From assembly GCA_034422515.1 (NCBI GenBank), contig DAOUJP010000007.1:21175-85174 (forward strand): a DNA stretch of 64,000 nucleotides, written 5' to 3'. The notes below the pieces were generated by a model. It had not been told where the DNA came from and made no database searches. It worked only from the letters and a program-made list of their open reading frames with translations. Source of the DNA: Chloroflexota bacterium. GTDB taxonomy: Bacteria > Chloroflexota > UBA11872 > UBA12225 > JAJDUF01. Below, one piece after another: positions 18,612 to 28,073 of the stretch. The position numbers and the translations under genes are program-made. How positions within the stretch are numbered: position 1 is the stretch's first letter; every line of letters starts with the position of its first letter.

Positions 18612-19925
18612 ATGACCACAACCTTGCCGGACAATAAGCGCCTGGGCGCGGTGTTCAACAACGACATCAACAACATCATCCTCGGGATGGGCGCCACCGG
18701 CACCATAGACACCTATCGGCAGGCGCTCGACGCTATCTTGGACGCGCAGCCGGGCGTCTTTGCCCAGAATGTCGGATTACCGGAAGCCCTGCTCTACTCG
18801 ACCGACGTGGACAACATGTTCGACAAGCACCTGGTCGAGGTCGCCAAGCAGGCGTGGCCGGAGCGGGAACAGGCCGTAGCCAACGCGGAGGCACAAGCGG
18901 CCTTTATGGGCGAGGTCCGCGCGGCGGGCACGGACCTGCTGACCGTCACCATCGAGGCTTGTCGGCAGCGATCCGTTCCTGTGGTTGCCGACTATCGGAT
19001 GAATGCCGAGGATTGGTACGGTCACACCTACCAGCTCTCCGACTTCGGTCGTACACACCCGGAATGGCGTATTCCGCTCGATCCTGAGTCACAACCGTCT
19101 GCTGGTAATGTGCCGCCGAAGCAATGGGCCGGCTGCCTTGATCCGGCAATCCCGGCAGTCTTCAAGCATCGCCTGGCGATCTTCACCGAGGTTGCCGACC
19201 GCTACGACATTGACGGTATCGAGCTCGACTTCCGCCGCTGGTGTCGCATGATCTCCAGCCCGCGACGCAACTACGCCATCCTGACCCGTCTGGTGGCCGA
19301 GACCCGCGCCATGCTCGACGAGACCGCCCGGCGCAAAGGCCGGGCGCGGCTGCTGTTGGGCGTGCGCGTAGGGGCAGCGCTCGAAACGCCACCGAGTGCA
19401 GCGGCGTTTCCCGGTATTGGATCGCTACACTCCAACCCGTCCTGCCGGGACCTGGGGCTGGATGTCCGCACGTGGATCGAGTTGGGACTGGTGGACTATG
19501 TGTGTCCGACCCTCTTCTGGCCACGCTGGCCCGGCTTGCCGCACACCGGCGAGTTCGCTGCTCTGGCCCAAGACAAAGATGTAGGCATCTATCCGACGCT
19601 GTTCCCGTTGCCCGCTTGGCTCGGTGACGAGGGATCGTTCCAGGGGCCGATCAATCTCACCGACGAACCGACGCTCCAACGATACAAGCGGGAGATCTGC
19701 GAGCTCGCCCTGCGCCTCTACGCTGACGGGGCCGACGGCATCAGCACGTTCAACTGGTACTTCCATCTCCACCTAGCCGAGGTGCCTCGCCAATGGCAGA
19801 CGTACTATGGGTATGGCGCGGGTGGTGCGCGGCTCCAACAGCAGGTACTCTCGCTCCTGCGCGACCCGGCGGCAATCCGCGCGTATCTGGATAGCCCGGC
19901 GCTCTGGCCCGCAGAAGCGGGTTGA
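18612..19925 (+). CDS. GHL10 / family-10-like glycoside hydrolase TIM barrel
   Basis: YRMN, HPEW, LDPAIPAV, YDIDGIELDF.R, LGLDVRTWIELGLVDYV, GADGISTFN. Confidence 0.7.
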   Translation: MTTTLPDNKRLGAVFNNDINNIILGMGATGTIDTYRQALDAILDAQPGVFAQNVGLPEALLYSTDVDNMFDKHLVEVAKQAWPEREQAVANAEAQAAFMGEVRAAGTDLLTVTIEACRQRSVPVVADYRMNAEDWYGHTYQLSDFGRTHPEWRIPLDPESQPSAGNVPPKQWAGCLDPAIPAVFKHRLAIFTEVADRYDIDGIELDFRRWCRMISSPRRNYAILTRLVAETRAMLDETARRKGRARLLLGVRVGAALETPPSAAAFPGIGSLHSNPSCRDLGLDVRTWIELGLVDYVCPTLFWPRWPGLPHTGEFAALAQDKDVGIYPTLFPLPAWLGDEGSFQGPINLTDEPTLQRYKREICELALRLYADGADGISTFNWYFHLHLAEVPRQWQTYYGYGAGGARLQQQVLSLLRDPAAIRAYLDSPALWPAEAG

Positions 19926-20045
19926 GGCCAAGCCGGGCCAGCCGAGACTGGTCGGAGCCTGGAACTAGGCACTCCCCGCTGGCTGGCACCACATTGAGAC
20001 CTCAATTATACTTATGAGGCCAAAAGTACAATTCACCCACTGTCT

Positions 20046-21236
20046 ATGATACCTAGGTATCATTCGGACATCAGACCAATGGACCCATCTAACTTCAGCG
20101 CAAATGCACCCGGTCGCCTCGTGAAAACTACTGGTGGGCACTGGGCCTTTGTGCCTGACCCCTTGCCATCCAGTTTGCAACTGGGTGTTGAGACGGTCAT
20201 GCAGCTTGAGGAGGCAACACTGGCTCTTGGTGAGCTTGCCGGAGTCGGGCGGCTCCTCCCCAACGCCCATCTGTTGATTCGTCCATTTATACGCAAGGAG
20301 GCGCAAGTCTCCAGCCGCATCGAAGGTACGATCACCCGACTTGACCAACTCCTGATGTTCGAGGCAAATCCTTCAAGGGGACGTGAGGACTCTGCACAGC
20401 GGGAGGTGCTGAACTATGTTCTTGCGCTGGAGTATGGCTTGGAGCGACTGGAAACCTTACCGGTCAGTCTCAGGCTGATGCGTGAGCTCCATGAGCGACT
20501 ATTAGCCGGAGTGCGGGGGGAGCAGAAGAATCCCGGCAGATTTCGCCGCATGCAGAATGCTATTGGTTCAGCAGGTAGCACCCGGTTTATCCCGCCACCA
20601 GTCACAGAAATGATGCAGGCATTGAATGACCTCGAACAGTTTATCCACCAGCCAACGAATCTGCCGCTGTTAGTTCAAATAGCCCTGATTCACTATCAAT
20701 TTGAAACTATCCACCCCTTCATGGATGGTAATGGCCGCATCGGTCGGTTGTTAATCCCACTATTGTTGTATGATCGTCAGATACTTCGCGCACCGCTGTT
20801 GTACCTCAGTGCCTATTTTGAGAGGCACCGCGATGCGTATATGGATCATCTACTCAACGTAAGCCAACGGGGCAATTGGTTGGAATGGATCAACTTCTTC
20901 CTCAAGGGTGTTACCGAGCAGGCGAGGGACTCGATTCAACGTGCCCAGCGGCTACTCGACCTCTGGCAAACATATCGCGATCGCTTGCAGGCAATCGGCG
21001 GTTCAGCGCACCGTCTACACTTAGTTGATGACCTGTTCGCATTTCCGGTCACCACGATCCCGGAGGCGCAGAAGCTACTCGGGATAACCTACCGTGCTGC
21101 CCAACTCAACATTGAGAAGCTCGTGGATGCTGGTATTCTGCAATCGCCCGATACTGAGCAGATGCGGCCACGCCCCTACTACGCGCCCGAGATCATCCGT
21201 GTCATCGAGTCCGATGAGCCGGAGTCCGTCCGATGA
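20046..21236 (+). CDS. Fic family protein (Fic_N + Fic + C-terminal HTH-like region)
   Basis: KEAQVSSRIEGT; canonical HPFMDGNGRIGR; visibly more AT-rich than neighbours. Confidence 0.93.
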   Translation: MIPRYHSDIRPMDPSNFSANAPGRLVKTTGGHWAFVPDPLPSSLQLGVETVMQLEEATLALGELAGVGRLLPNAHLLIRPFIRKEAQVSSRIEGTITRLDQLLMFEANPSRGREDSAQREVLNYVLALEYGLERLETLPVSLRLMRELHERLLAGVRGEQKNPGRFRRMQNAIGSAGSTRFIPPPVTEMMQALNDLEQFIHQPTNLPLLVQIALIHYQFETIHPFMDGNGRIGRLLIPLLLYDRQILRAPLLYLSAYFERHRDAYMDHLLNVSQRGNWLEWINFFLKGVTEQARDSIQRAQRLLDLWQTYRDRLQAIGGSAHRLHLVDDLFAFPVTTIPEAQKLLGITYRAAQLNIEKLVDAGILQSPDTEQMRPRPYYAPEIIRVIESDEPESVR

Positions 21237-21295
21237 GCAAACCTTGCTATGATGCTCCACTGCAAGGACGGTGCAGGTTACGAGGAGGGCCGGAG

Positions 21296-22534
21296 ATGAA
21301 GGTGCTCACTGGCGGGTTGCTCATTGACGGGACGGGGCGCGACCCAATTCCCAACGCGAGCGTCGTGATCGGCGATGATGGGCGCATCACTGAGGTCGGG
21401 GCGCTGGCTCGTCTGCCGCTCGATGCACAGGTGATCGACGTAGGCGGCCGGACCATCATGCCCGGTCTGATGGACGCTCACGTACATTTCATGCTGGCCG
21501 GTGAGCAGAACTTCGAGTCGGTGTTCCTGAAACAGACGTCCGAATACATGGCCATCAAGGCGACCGTGTCGGCGCGTAACCTCCTGGAGGCCGGCTTCAC
21601 TACCGTCCGCGACGTTGGTGCGCCGGGCCGCTTGGCCCTTTCGCTGCGGGACGCGGTCAATGCCGGCCTCGTTCCTGGCCCGCGGATTCTCGCCGCCGGC
21701 CGGATAATTACCGCCACCAGTGGCCACGTTGATCTGCTCCCGCCGGGCGTGTCGCGCGTTGACGGCACCGCCGGGCGTATCGCGGACGGGCCGGCCGAAA
21801 TCCTGCGGGCGGTGCGTGAGCAAGTCAAGGTCGGTGCGGACCTGATTAAGTTCTGTGCGACCGGCGGGGTGATGGACCCCCAGTTGGCGCCCGACGTGTC
21901 GGAATATAGCGCGGAGGAGGTCCAAACCCTGATTACCGAGGCCCACAAGATGAAAAAGCCGGTCGCGGCGCACGTTCACGGCGCGGAAGGTGCCAAGATC
22001 GCCATTCGTGCCGGAGTGGATACCATCGAGCACGGCACCATGTTGGATGAAGAGGCGGTGCAGCTCATGCGGGAAGCCGGGACCGTCCTCGTACCCACGC
22101 TCACGCCCAGTTATCAGGTCCGGCAGCACAGTGACGAGGCTGATCTCCCGGACTACGTGATGGAGAAGTTCGCCGTCACCAGTGCCGCCCACGCGCAGAG
22201 CTTCAAAATGGCTATCGAGGCCGGCGTCTCGCTGGCGTTGGGTACGGATGCCGGCACACCCTTCTATCCGCACGGATTGAACGCCATCGAGCTACAGCTA
22301 ATGGTGGAGGGGGGCCTCTCGCCAATGGCGACCATCGTCGCCGCGACCAGCGGCGCGGCCAAAGCCTTGCGCGTGGACGATAGCACCGGCTCGCTGGTGC
22401 CCGGCAAGTTCGCCGATCTGCTGGTCGTAGACGCCGATCCGCTCGCAGACATCGCGCTCCTGCAAGACCAATCCCGCCTGCATGTGATCTTCCAGGGCGG
22501 CCGGGCCTATAAGGACCTCGTGAGCACCGAGTAG
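21296..22534 (+). CDS. Metal-dependent amidohydrolase (Xaa-Pro dipeptidase-like)
   Basis: PGLMDAHVH, GFTTVRDVG, IKFCATGG, AAHVHG, IEHG, GTDAG. Confidence 0.9.
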   Translation: MKVLTGGLLIDGTGRDPIPNASVVIGDDGRITEVGALARLPLDAQVIDVGGRTIMPGLMDAHVHFMLAGEQNFESVFLKQTSEYMAIKATVSARNLLEAGFTTVRDVGAPGRLALSLRDAVNAGLVPGPRILAAGRIITATSGHVDLLPPGVSRVDGTAGRIADGPAEILRAVREQVKVGADLIKFCATGGVMDPQLAPDVSEYSAEEVQTLITEAHKMKKPVAAHVHGAEGAKIAIRAGVDTIEHGTMLDEEAVQLMREAGTVLVPTLTPSYQVRQHSDEADLPDYVMEKFAVTSAAHAQSFKMAIEAGVSLALGTDAGTPFYPHGLNAIELQLMVEGGLSPMATIVAATSGAAKALRVDDSTGSLVPGKFADLLVVDADPLADIALLQDQSRLHVIFQGGRAYKDLVSTE

Positions 22535-22704
22535 TCGTGGAAACGTCCCTTGTGTGCGCCCTGGATTCCGGCCGACCGGCGGGCTGCTTGCTGGTACCCT
22601 AGCGGGCAGAAGACACGCGACTTCACCCCTTCCCAGCGGTAGCGGGCCGGGATGCCGGTGCTGCCGCGGCGGAGCGGTACAACGAGACGAAAGGAGAGCG
22701 GACG

Positions 22705-23487
22705 ATGACACTGGAGCTAGGATTGGAAGGGAAGGTAGCCCTCATTACGGGCGGGAGCGAGGGCCTCGGCCGGGCGACTGCCGAACGCCTGGCGGCGGAA
22801 GGCGCGCAGGTTGCTATCTGCGCGCGGCGCCAAGAGCCGCTGGATCAAGCACGCCAGGAAATCAAGGCGGCCACGGGCCAGGACATCCTCGCGGTGACGG
22901 CCGACGTGACGGTAGCCGCTGACCTCGAACGGCTGGTGAACACCACGATTGAGCAGATCGGAGATATTGCCATCCTCGTCAACAATGCCGGGCGCTCGGC
23001 AGCGCAGTCGCTGCTGACCGCCAACGATGCGTACTGGCAAGAGGACCTCGACCTCAAGCTGATGGCCGCCATCCGGCTCATCCGGCTCGTCGTGCCCTCG
23101 ATGCGCCGGGTGGGCGGCGGGGCTATCGTCAATATGACGACGCCGGGCGGGAAGGCGCCGCCGGCAGAATCGGTCCCGACGAGCGTGAGCCGGGCCGCCG
23201 GCATCGCCCTGACCAAGGCGGCGTCCAAAGAGTTCGGCCGCGACGGTATCCGCGTGAATACGGTCTGCATTGGGTCCATCAAGAGCATGCAGATCATTCG
23301 CCAGGCCCAAGCCGCCGGCCGGCCGGTGGAGGAGCTGTACGAGGCAGTGGGCTGGAACGTGCCGCTGGGCCGCATCGGCGAGGCTGAAGAGGTCGCCGAT
23401 CTCGTAGCCTTCCTCGTCTCCGACCGCGCCGCCTACATCACCGGGACCTCCGTCAACATTGACGGTGGCGCCTCAGCCGTCATCTAG
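22705..23487 (+). CDS. SDR family oxidoreductase (atypical active site)
   Basis: TGGSEGLG, LVNNAG, GIRVNTV, ITGTSVNIDGG; TxxxR in place of YxxxK. Confidence 0.9.
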   Translation: MTLELGLEGKVALITGGSEGLGRATAERLAAEGAQVAICARRQEPLDQARQEIKAATGQDILAVTADVTVAADLERLVNTTIEQIGDIAILVNNAGRSAAQSLLTANDAYWQEDLDLKLMAAIRLIRLVVPSMRRVGGGAIVNMTTPGGKAPPAESVPTSVSRAAGIALTKAASKEFGRDGIRVNTVCIGSIKSMQIIRQAQAAGRPVEELYEAVGWNVPLGRIGEAEEVADLVAFLVSDRAAYITGTSVNIDGGASAVI

Positions 23488-23538
23488 CTGCCCGGCCCAT
23501 TCCCTGGCCTCGGCGATTTTAATGAAGGCCAGCATCTG

Positions 23539-23967
23539 CTACCCGACCGCCGTGAGGGCGGCGCGGAGTTGCCGGTCGAGGGTCTCGGCAGAGGCGAGGC
23601 CGTAGTTCACCTCCTGCACCCGGTTGCCGGTGAGGATGACCGTGCTCGGAACGGTGAGCACACGGTACGCCCGGGCCAGGTCTGCCTGTGCCAGTGTATC
23701 CACCTCTACGACCGCTACCTGGTCGGCGAACTGGGCGCTGACCAGATCCACCAGCGGTTTTTGGACGCGATGGCAGGTGCCACAATGAGGGCTGCTGAAG
23801 TTCAACAGCGTGACCGGAGCGGTGATCTCGGTGGTAGGGTGGGGGAGTGGGGAGAGGCGCGCGCGGACGGCCGCAGCGTTTCGGCGTGTCCACCAGCGCA
23901 CGATGAAGCCAGCCAGCACCACCAAGGCTATGACCAGGAGCACGACCAGCAAGCGGTCGAGGGGCAT
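23539..23967 (-). CDS. Membrane-anchored thioredoxin-like protein
   Basis: N-terminal TM helix; FSSPHCGTC (CxxC); VLTVPS cis-Pro motif. Confidence 0.85.
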   Translation of the reverse strand: MPLDRLLVVLLVIALVVLAGFIVRWWTRRNAAAVRARLSPLPHPTTEITAPVTLLNFSSPHCGTCHRVQKPLVDLVSAQFADQVAVVEVDTLAQADLARAYRVLTVPSTVILTGNRVQEVNYGLASAETLDRQLRAALTAVG

Positions 23968-23976
23968 GCTTCTCCC

Positions 23977-24471
23977 TCAGGCCGGATTGGATGGCACCCG
24001 GCTATTGCCGGTCAAGCGCGCATAGTGGTGGACGATGAAGCACAGCGCGCAGAGGTCGAAGGCCGCATCAAGCAGGATCATCACGCCTACCAGTCCCGTC
24101 AAGGTCCAGGCCAGCCAGTTGAGACCGGGGAGCAGCACGAGCAGCACTCCGCTGAGGGCGAAGACAATGCCTCCCAGTACGCGGGCAATCCGCCGCGTCT
24201 CACGGTCCTCGTGAACCATCCGCCGTGGGAGCAGCCCGGCCGGTTGCAGGACGGCGGTGGTGAGCACGCGGAAGGGGTCGAACGGTCGCCAGAATCGCCC
24301 CAGTACCATGCATACCGCAGCGATGAAGAGCAGCCAAGCGCCGATTGCCGCCCCGACAACGTACCCCGCCGCGATCAGCGCAATCATCGCGTATTGGTGG
24401 GCCTTCCGTGGAATTACGTCGTAGCGTTGTAGCTCATCGTCGCCACATGGGTCAGCGGGTGTTGTAGTCAT
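23977..24471 (-). CDS. DUF4395-like membrane protein
   Basis: Four hydrophobic helices, conserved-looking ED...RRIARVLG segment, C-terminal AAFDLCALC. Confidence 0.7.
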   Translation of the reverse strand: MTTTPADPCGDDELQRYDVIPRKAHQYAMIALIAAGYVVGAAIGAWLLFIAAVCMVLGRFWRPFDPFRVLTTAVLQPAGLLPRRMVHEDRETRRIARVLGGIVFALSGVLLVLLPGLNWLAWTLTGLVGVMILLDAAFDLCALCFIVHHYARLTGNSRVPSNPA

Positions 24472-24826
24472 GGCTGGGCAACTCCTCGTGTGGTGGTCAC
24501 ACCATTCAGAGGGAACGTGTAGTGCCACCACTGCTCCAAGCCCCGGAGCAATATCGAGTAATGAACATCACATACTTGATAATCGCCATCATAGTGTCTT
24601 CCTTCTCTTGGTGTCAAGCATCATCACCCCGGCGAGTAGGGTGTTCCACGGCCTTCCCCTCTGGTCAGAGCGTGAATAACGGAGTAGGCTAGAATACCTG
24701 GCTGTCGGTCGCTGGCCCCGGCGATACGTGTCGGTAGCCCGGTCTAACCAGCGCGCCGCATTGACATAAGTAGCGTCGCGAGTCTGCTTGCAGGGCGGCG
24801 GCCGCGCCGCGTGGAGGGCAGGAAGT

Positions 24827-25927
24827 ATGAGTATCACGTTCAACGGTTTGGGGCTGCATCTTGGCAACCTCGCGCGGCTCTCCAACGCCGAGACTCGCTC
24901 GATCAGCGCGGAGAACCCCACCGGCGGCAAGGGGCAAGGCGGCAAGGCGACCGAGGGAACGGGCGCCGTCGCCGCGCGGGAGCTGGGGCCGGGCTGGAAA
25001 GTCTCGCCTTGCATCCATCTGCCCGGCAACGGCGTGGTCGAGCTGGCCAATATCGAGGGGCCGGGCGCGATCCAGCAAATGTGGATGACCGTCAAGCCGG
25101 AGGCGTGGCGGCAACTCATCCTGCGCTGCTATTGGGATCGCGAGGATAGCCCTTCCGTCGAGGTGCCGTTGGGGGACTTCTTCTGTAGTGGCTGGGGCGA
25201 GCGCTGCAATGTGAACTCCCTGCCGATCTCGGTCAACCCGGCCGGGGGCTTCAATAGCTACTGGGAGATGCCGTTTCGCCGTCATGCCCGCATCACCATC
25301 GAAAACCTCAGCCCCGACGAGGTGCGAAACTTCTTCTATCAGATCAACTACACGCTGACTGAGGTACCGGCTGACCGGGCTTATTTCCACGCACAGTGGC
25401 GGCGGAACAATCCCTTGCCCTATCAGGAAGTTCACACACTGCTGGATGGCGTGACGGGGCAAGGACACTACGTTGGCACGTACATTGCCTGGGGGGTCAA
25501 CAATACCGGCTGGTGGGGTGAGGGCGAGATCAAGTTCTACCTCGATGGCGACCGGGAGTGGCCCACGATCTGTGGCACCGGCACCGAGGACTACTTTGGC
25601 GGTGCTTGGGGATTCCACTTCCCGGCCGGTGAGTACGGGGTGTTCACCACGCCGTTCCTAGGGATGCCTCAAGTGATCTCCCCGGAGGGCGTGAGCCGGA
25701 CCCAGCAGCGTTTCGGGCTGTATCGCTGGCACGTGCTCGACCCCATCCGGTTCAAGCGGGACCTGCGCGTGACAATCCAGGCGCTCGGCTGGCGCCAGCC
25801 GCTGGCCGGCAAGGGGCGCTATCTGCCCCTGCAGGACGACATTGCCTCGACCGCAATCTGGTACCAGACCGAGCCGCACGCCCCGTTCCCGGCGCTACCG
25901 GACCTGAACTATCTGGAAGTCATCTAG
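24827..25927 (+). CDS. DUF2961 / glycoside hydrolase family 172 protein
   Basis: RSISAENPTGGKGQG, GPGAIQQMWMT, PSVEVPLGDFF, GHYVG, WWGEGEIKFYLDGD, GTGTEDYFGGAW, YRWHVLDPIRF. Confidence 0.9.
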   Translation: MSITFNGLGLHLGNLARLSNAETRSISAENPTGGKGQGGKATEGTGAVAARELGPGWKVSPCIHLPGNGVVELANIEGPGAIQQMWMTVKPEAWRQLILRCYWDREDSPSVEVPLGDFFCSGWGERCNVNSLPISVNPAGGFNSYWEMPFRRHARITIENLSPDEVRNFFYQINYTLTEVPADRAYFHAQWRRNNPLPYQEVHTLLDGVTGQGHYVGTYIAWGVNNTGWWGEGEIKFYLDGDREWPTICGTGTEDYFGGAWGFHFPAGEYGVFTTPFLGMPQVISPEGVSRTQQRFGLYRWHVLDPIRFKRDLRVTIQALGWRQPLAGKGRYLPLQDDIASTAIWYQTEPHAPFPALPDLNYLEVI

Positions 25928-26031
25928 CACTGGAGCTGCACTCGCCCACGCAGACGTAACGCCGGGAATACAGTAGTATGTCCCTGCATACTCCACGTCC
26001 TCTGCCGAAAGTTTGGAAGGGAGCAACGAAG

Positions 26032-26508
26032 ATGGTGAGCACGCCAGCGGCACACGCGCCACCACGCTTGTTTAAGTGGTTCGACCCGGAATCCATCGCA
26101 GTCTCAGGGCTGCCGGACAATCCCGACGAGTTGGCCTATGTTGCCGGTGAGGGTATCCGGCGGATTGTCTCGGTCACGCAGACCACCCCGGACTACGACA
26201 CGATTGCCACGCTCGGCATGAGTGCCGTCCATTCGCCCGGTGTGTCCGACGATCTGGCGGCGTTGGATCGCGCCGTCGAGTCCGTCCACGCCGCCGTCAC
26301 CGAAGGCGATAAAGTCCTCCTGCACTGAGGGTCGGGCTATGGAGGGGCCGGTACGGCCCTATCAGCCTACCTCATCAAGCATCGGGGCGAGTCGGCGACC
26401 ACGGCGCTCGCTACCGTGCGGGCGTTCCGCGAACGCGATCTCCCCGGCGACGAGGCTGCCGTCCACCTGTCAGCCTACGAACAGCGCGTCCGCCCAGGAT
26501 CGGGCTAG
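26032..26508 (+). CDS. Probable selenoprotein of the dual-specificity phosphatase (DUSP23-like) fold; 158 aa with U99
   Basis: ORF track stops at TGA 26326-26328, but the frame continues VLLH-TGA-GSGYGGAGTALSAYLIKHRG...VRAFR to TAG 26508. The TGA aligns with Cys of the HCxxGxGRxGT loop. SECIS-like hairpin follows. GGAAGGGAG RBS before ATG 26032. Confidence 0.8.
26329..26367 (+). promoter_or_regulatory. Putative bacterial SECIS element
   Basis: Upper stem GGGCCG(26345-50)/CGGCCC(26354-59) with a G-initial loop GUA 22 nt after the UGA; lower stem GGCU(26335-38)/AGCC(26364-67). Confidence 0.65.
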
Positions 26509-26688
26509 GGCGTGTTTGCACATTGCTTGCATGACGCATAAAAGAGCAGCGATGGCCTGGCAATGTGTTTCGCCGCGTCGTCGTCCGGCTTCACCTGGGG
26601 GCCATAGGCGAGCCAGGCACAGATCAGTGGCGCGCCGCAGAGTAGGTGAACGACCGGTTGTACCCGCGACACAGAGAACGGAGTAGAC

Positions 26689-28008
26689 ATGCGACGACTC
26701 ACGAAAGGCGCGCTCGTCATCGCGGGAACGCTCGCAGCCCTCCTTGTCATCGGAGTATTCGTAGTCCGGGAGCGTGGTGAAGACACCCACATCCTGACTA
26801 CTGCCCAGGTGTTGAGCACGGCGGCGGCAACGTCCGTACCGGCGCCTACTGCGACCACACCGGCGCGTCCGAGTTCATCACCCCATGCCTATCGCGGGGT
26901 AGCGCTCGGCGGCCGTGAAGACAACGCGGAAATACGAGAGTGGATTGACCAGATGGGCACGCTGGGCCATGGCGAGAACAGCTATGACCATTGGGTGAGT
27001 CTTGGTAAGCCCCGCGACACTGCCAAGTATCCGACCATCTTGCAAGAATCGGAGCGTAGAGTCCTCACGGACGCCTTGATCCGACTCGAACGCATCAGCC
27101 CTCGGGAGTTGGCTGCGAAGCGTCAGCGACTGATCGAGTTTATCTGGAAGGAAGCAGGTTTTCCTAGCGTGAAGCATCCCCATGCCATTGCCAAGGATTT
27201 CTCTGACTCCAGATTTGCGTTGCTCGACGATCTAGCGAGCGTGCAACGAATCGAAGTCCTGATGGAGTTTGGAGTGAACTCGGTGATCTATCTCTTCCGC
27301 CCCCACGACGCGAATGGTCAGTTGCTGATCTATCATCAAGGACATGATGGTGGCTTTCTCCTAGGATTAGACACAATCCACTTCTTCGTCCAGCATGGCT
27401 ATGTGGTCGCGGCCTTCGCCATGCCGCTCTTGGGCATGAACGGCCGGCCGTCTTTTAAGATTCCGGACGGTACCTTGGCATTGCCGCAACATGGTGCTTT
27501 TCAATTCCTCGAATCCGATGCCTTCTCACCGCTGAAATTTTTCATTGAGCCGGTCGCGGTCTTTCTAAACTATGCGCTGGAGGAGTACGACTACGACTCG
27601 GTTGCGATGGTGGGTCTCTCTGGAGGTGGCTGGACCACCACGCTGGCGGCGGCCTTGGATCCACGCATCGCACGCAGCTATCCCGTGGCTGGATCACTGC
27701 CGCTCTTTTTTGCGAGCGCAAGAGATTACGAACAGACCCACCCGGGCTTCTATGCGCTGGCCAACTATCTGGAGCTATATGTCCTTGGTACCTACGGGGG
27801 GGCACGCCGGCAAATCCAGGTGCTCAACCGCTATGATCCGTGCTGCTTCGACGGCACTGGATATAGGCTCTATGTAGATCAGGTGGCAAGGACGTCAGAA
27901 AGGGTAGGCAACGGTTCGTTTTCCGTCTTCTTGGATGAGACACATCGCGAGCACAAAATATCCGAGGCGGCCTTAGCCCTCATCCTGAACGACCTCGAGC
28001 GCCCTTAG
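26689..28008 (+). CDS. Membrane-anchored/secreted alpha/beta hydrolase-like protein
   Basis: N-terminal hydrophobic helix, Ala/Thr/Pro linker, YHQGHD, nucleophile elbow GLSGGG, DPCCF, C-terminal EHKI. Confidence 0.7.
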   Translation: MRRLTKGALVIAGTLAALLVIGVFVVRERGEDTHILTTAQVLSTAAATSVPAPTATTPARPSSSPHAYRGVALGGREDNAEIREWIDQMGTLGHGENSYDHWVSLGKPRDTAKYPTILQESERRVLTDALIRLERISPRELAAKRQRLIEFIWKEAGFPSVKHPHAIAKDFSDSRFALLDDLASVQRIEVLMEFGVNSVIYLFRPHDANGQLLIYHQGHDGGFLLGLDTIHFFVQHGYVVAAFAMPLLGMNGRPSFKIPDGTLALPQHGAFQFLESDAFSPLKFFIEPVAVFLNYALEEYDYDSVAMVGLSGGGWTTTLAAALDPRIARSYPVAGSLPLFFASARDYEQTHPGFYALANYLELYVLGTYGGARRQIQVLNRYDPCCFDGTGYRLYVDQVARTSERVGNGSFSVFLDETHREHKISEAALALILNDLERP

Positions 28009-28073
28009 ATCGCCCTTAGATCGCCCTCGGGTTGGGACGGCCCCCGTGGCCGGCGGCGTATAAGGAGGCCCCC

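Noticed and set aside
22705-23487. SDR inactivated by loss of YxxxK
   Set aside because: Atypical SDR subgroups with such substitutions are known and the rest of the gene is intact; not treated as a pseudogene or a novelty.
25978-26328. ORF-track 116-aa protein ending at VLLH, read as a complete gene or a pseudogene
   Set aside because: It stops exactly at the catalytic position while the rest of the domain continues in frame. Sec read-through is preferred; nonsense mutation is kept as the alternative.
26222-26686. Overlapping 154-aa ORF as a frameshift partner for the phosphatase-like gene
   Set aside because: The DUSP-like C-terminus is in the original frame; this ORF has no recognisable content.
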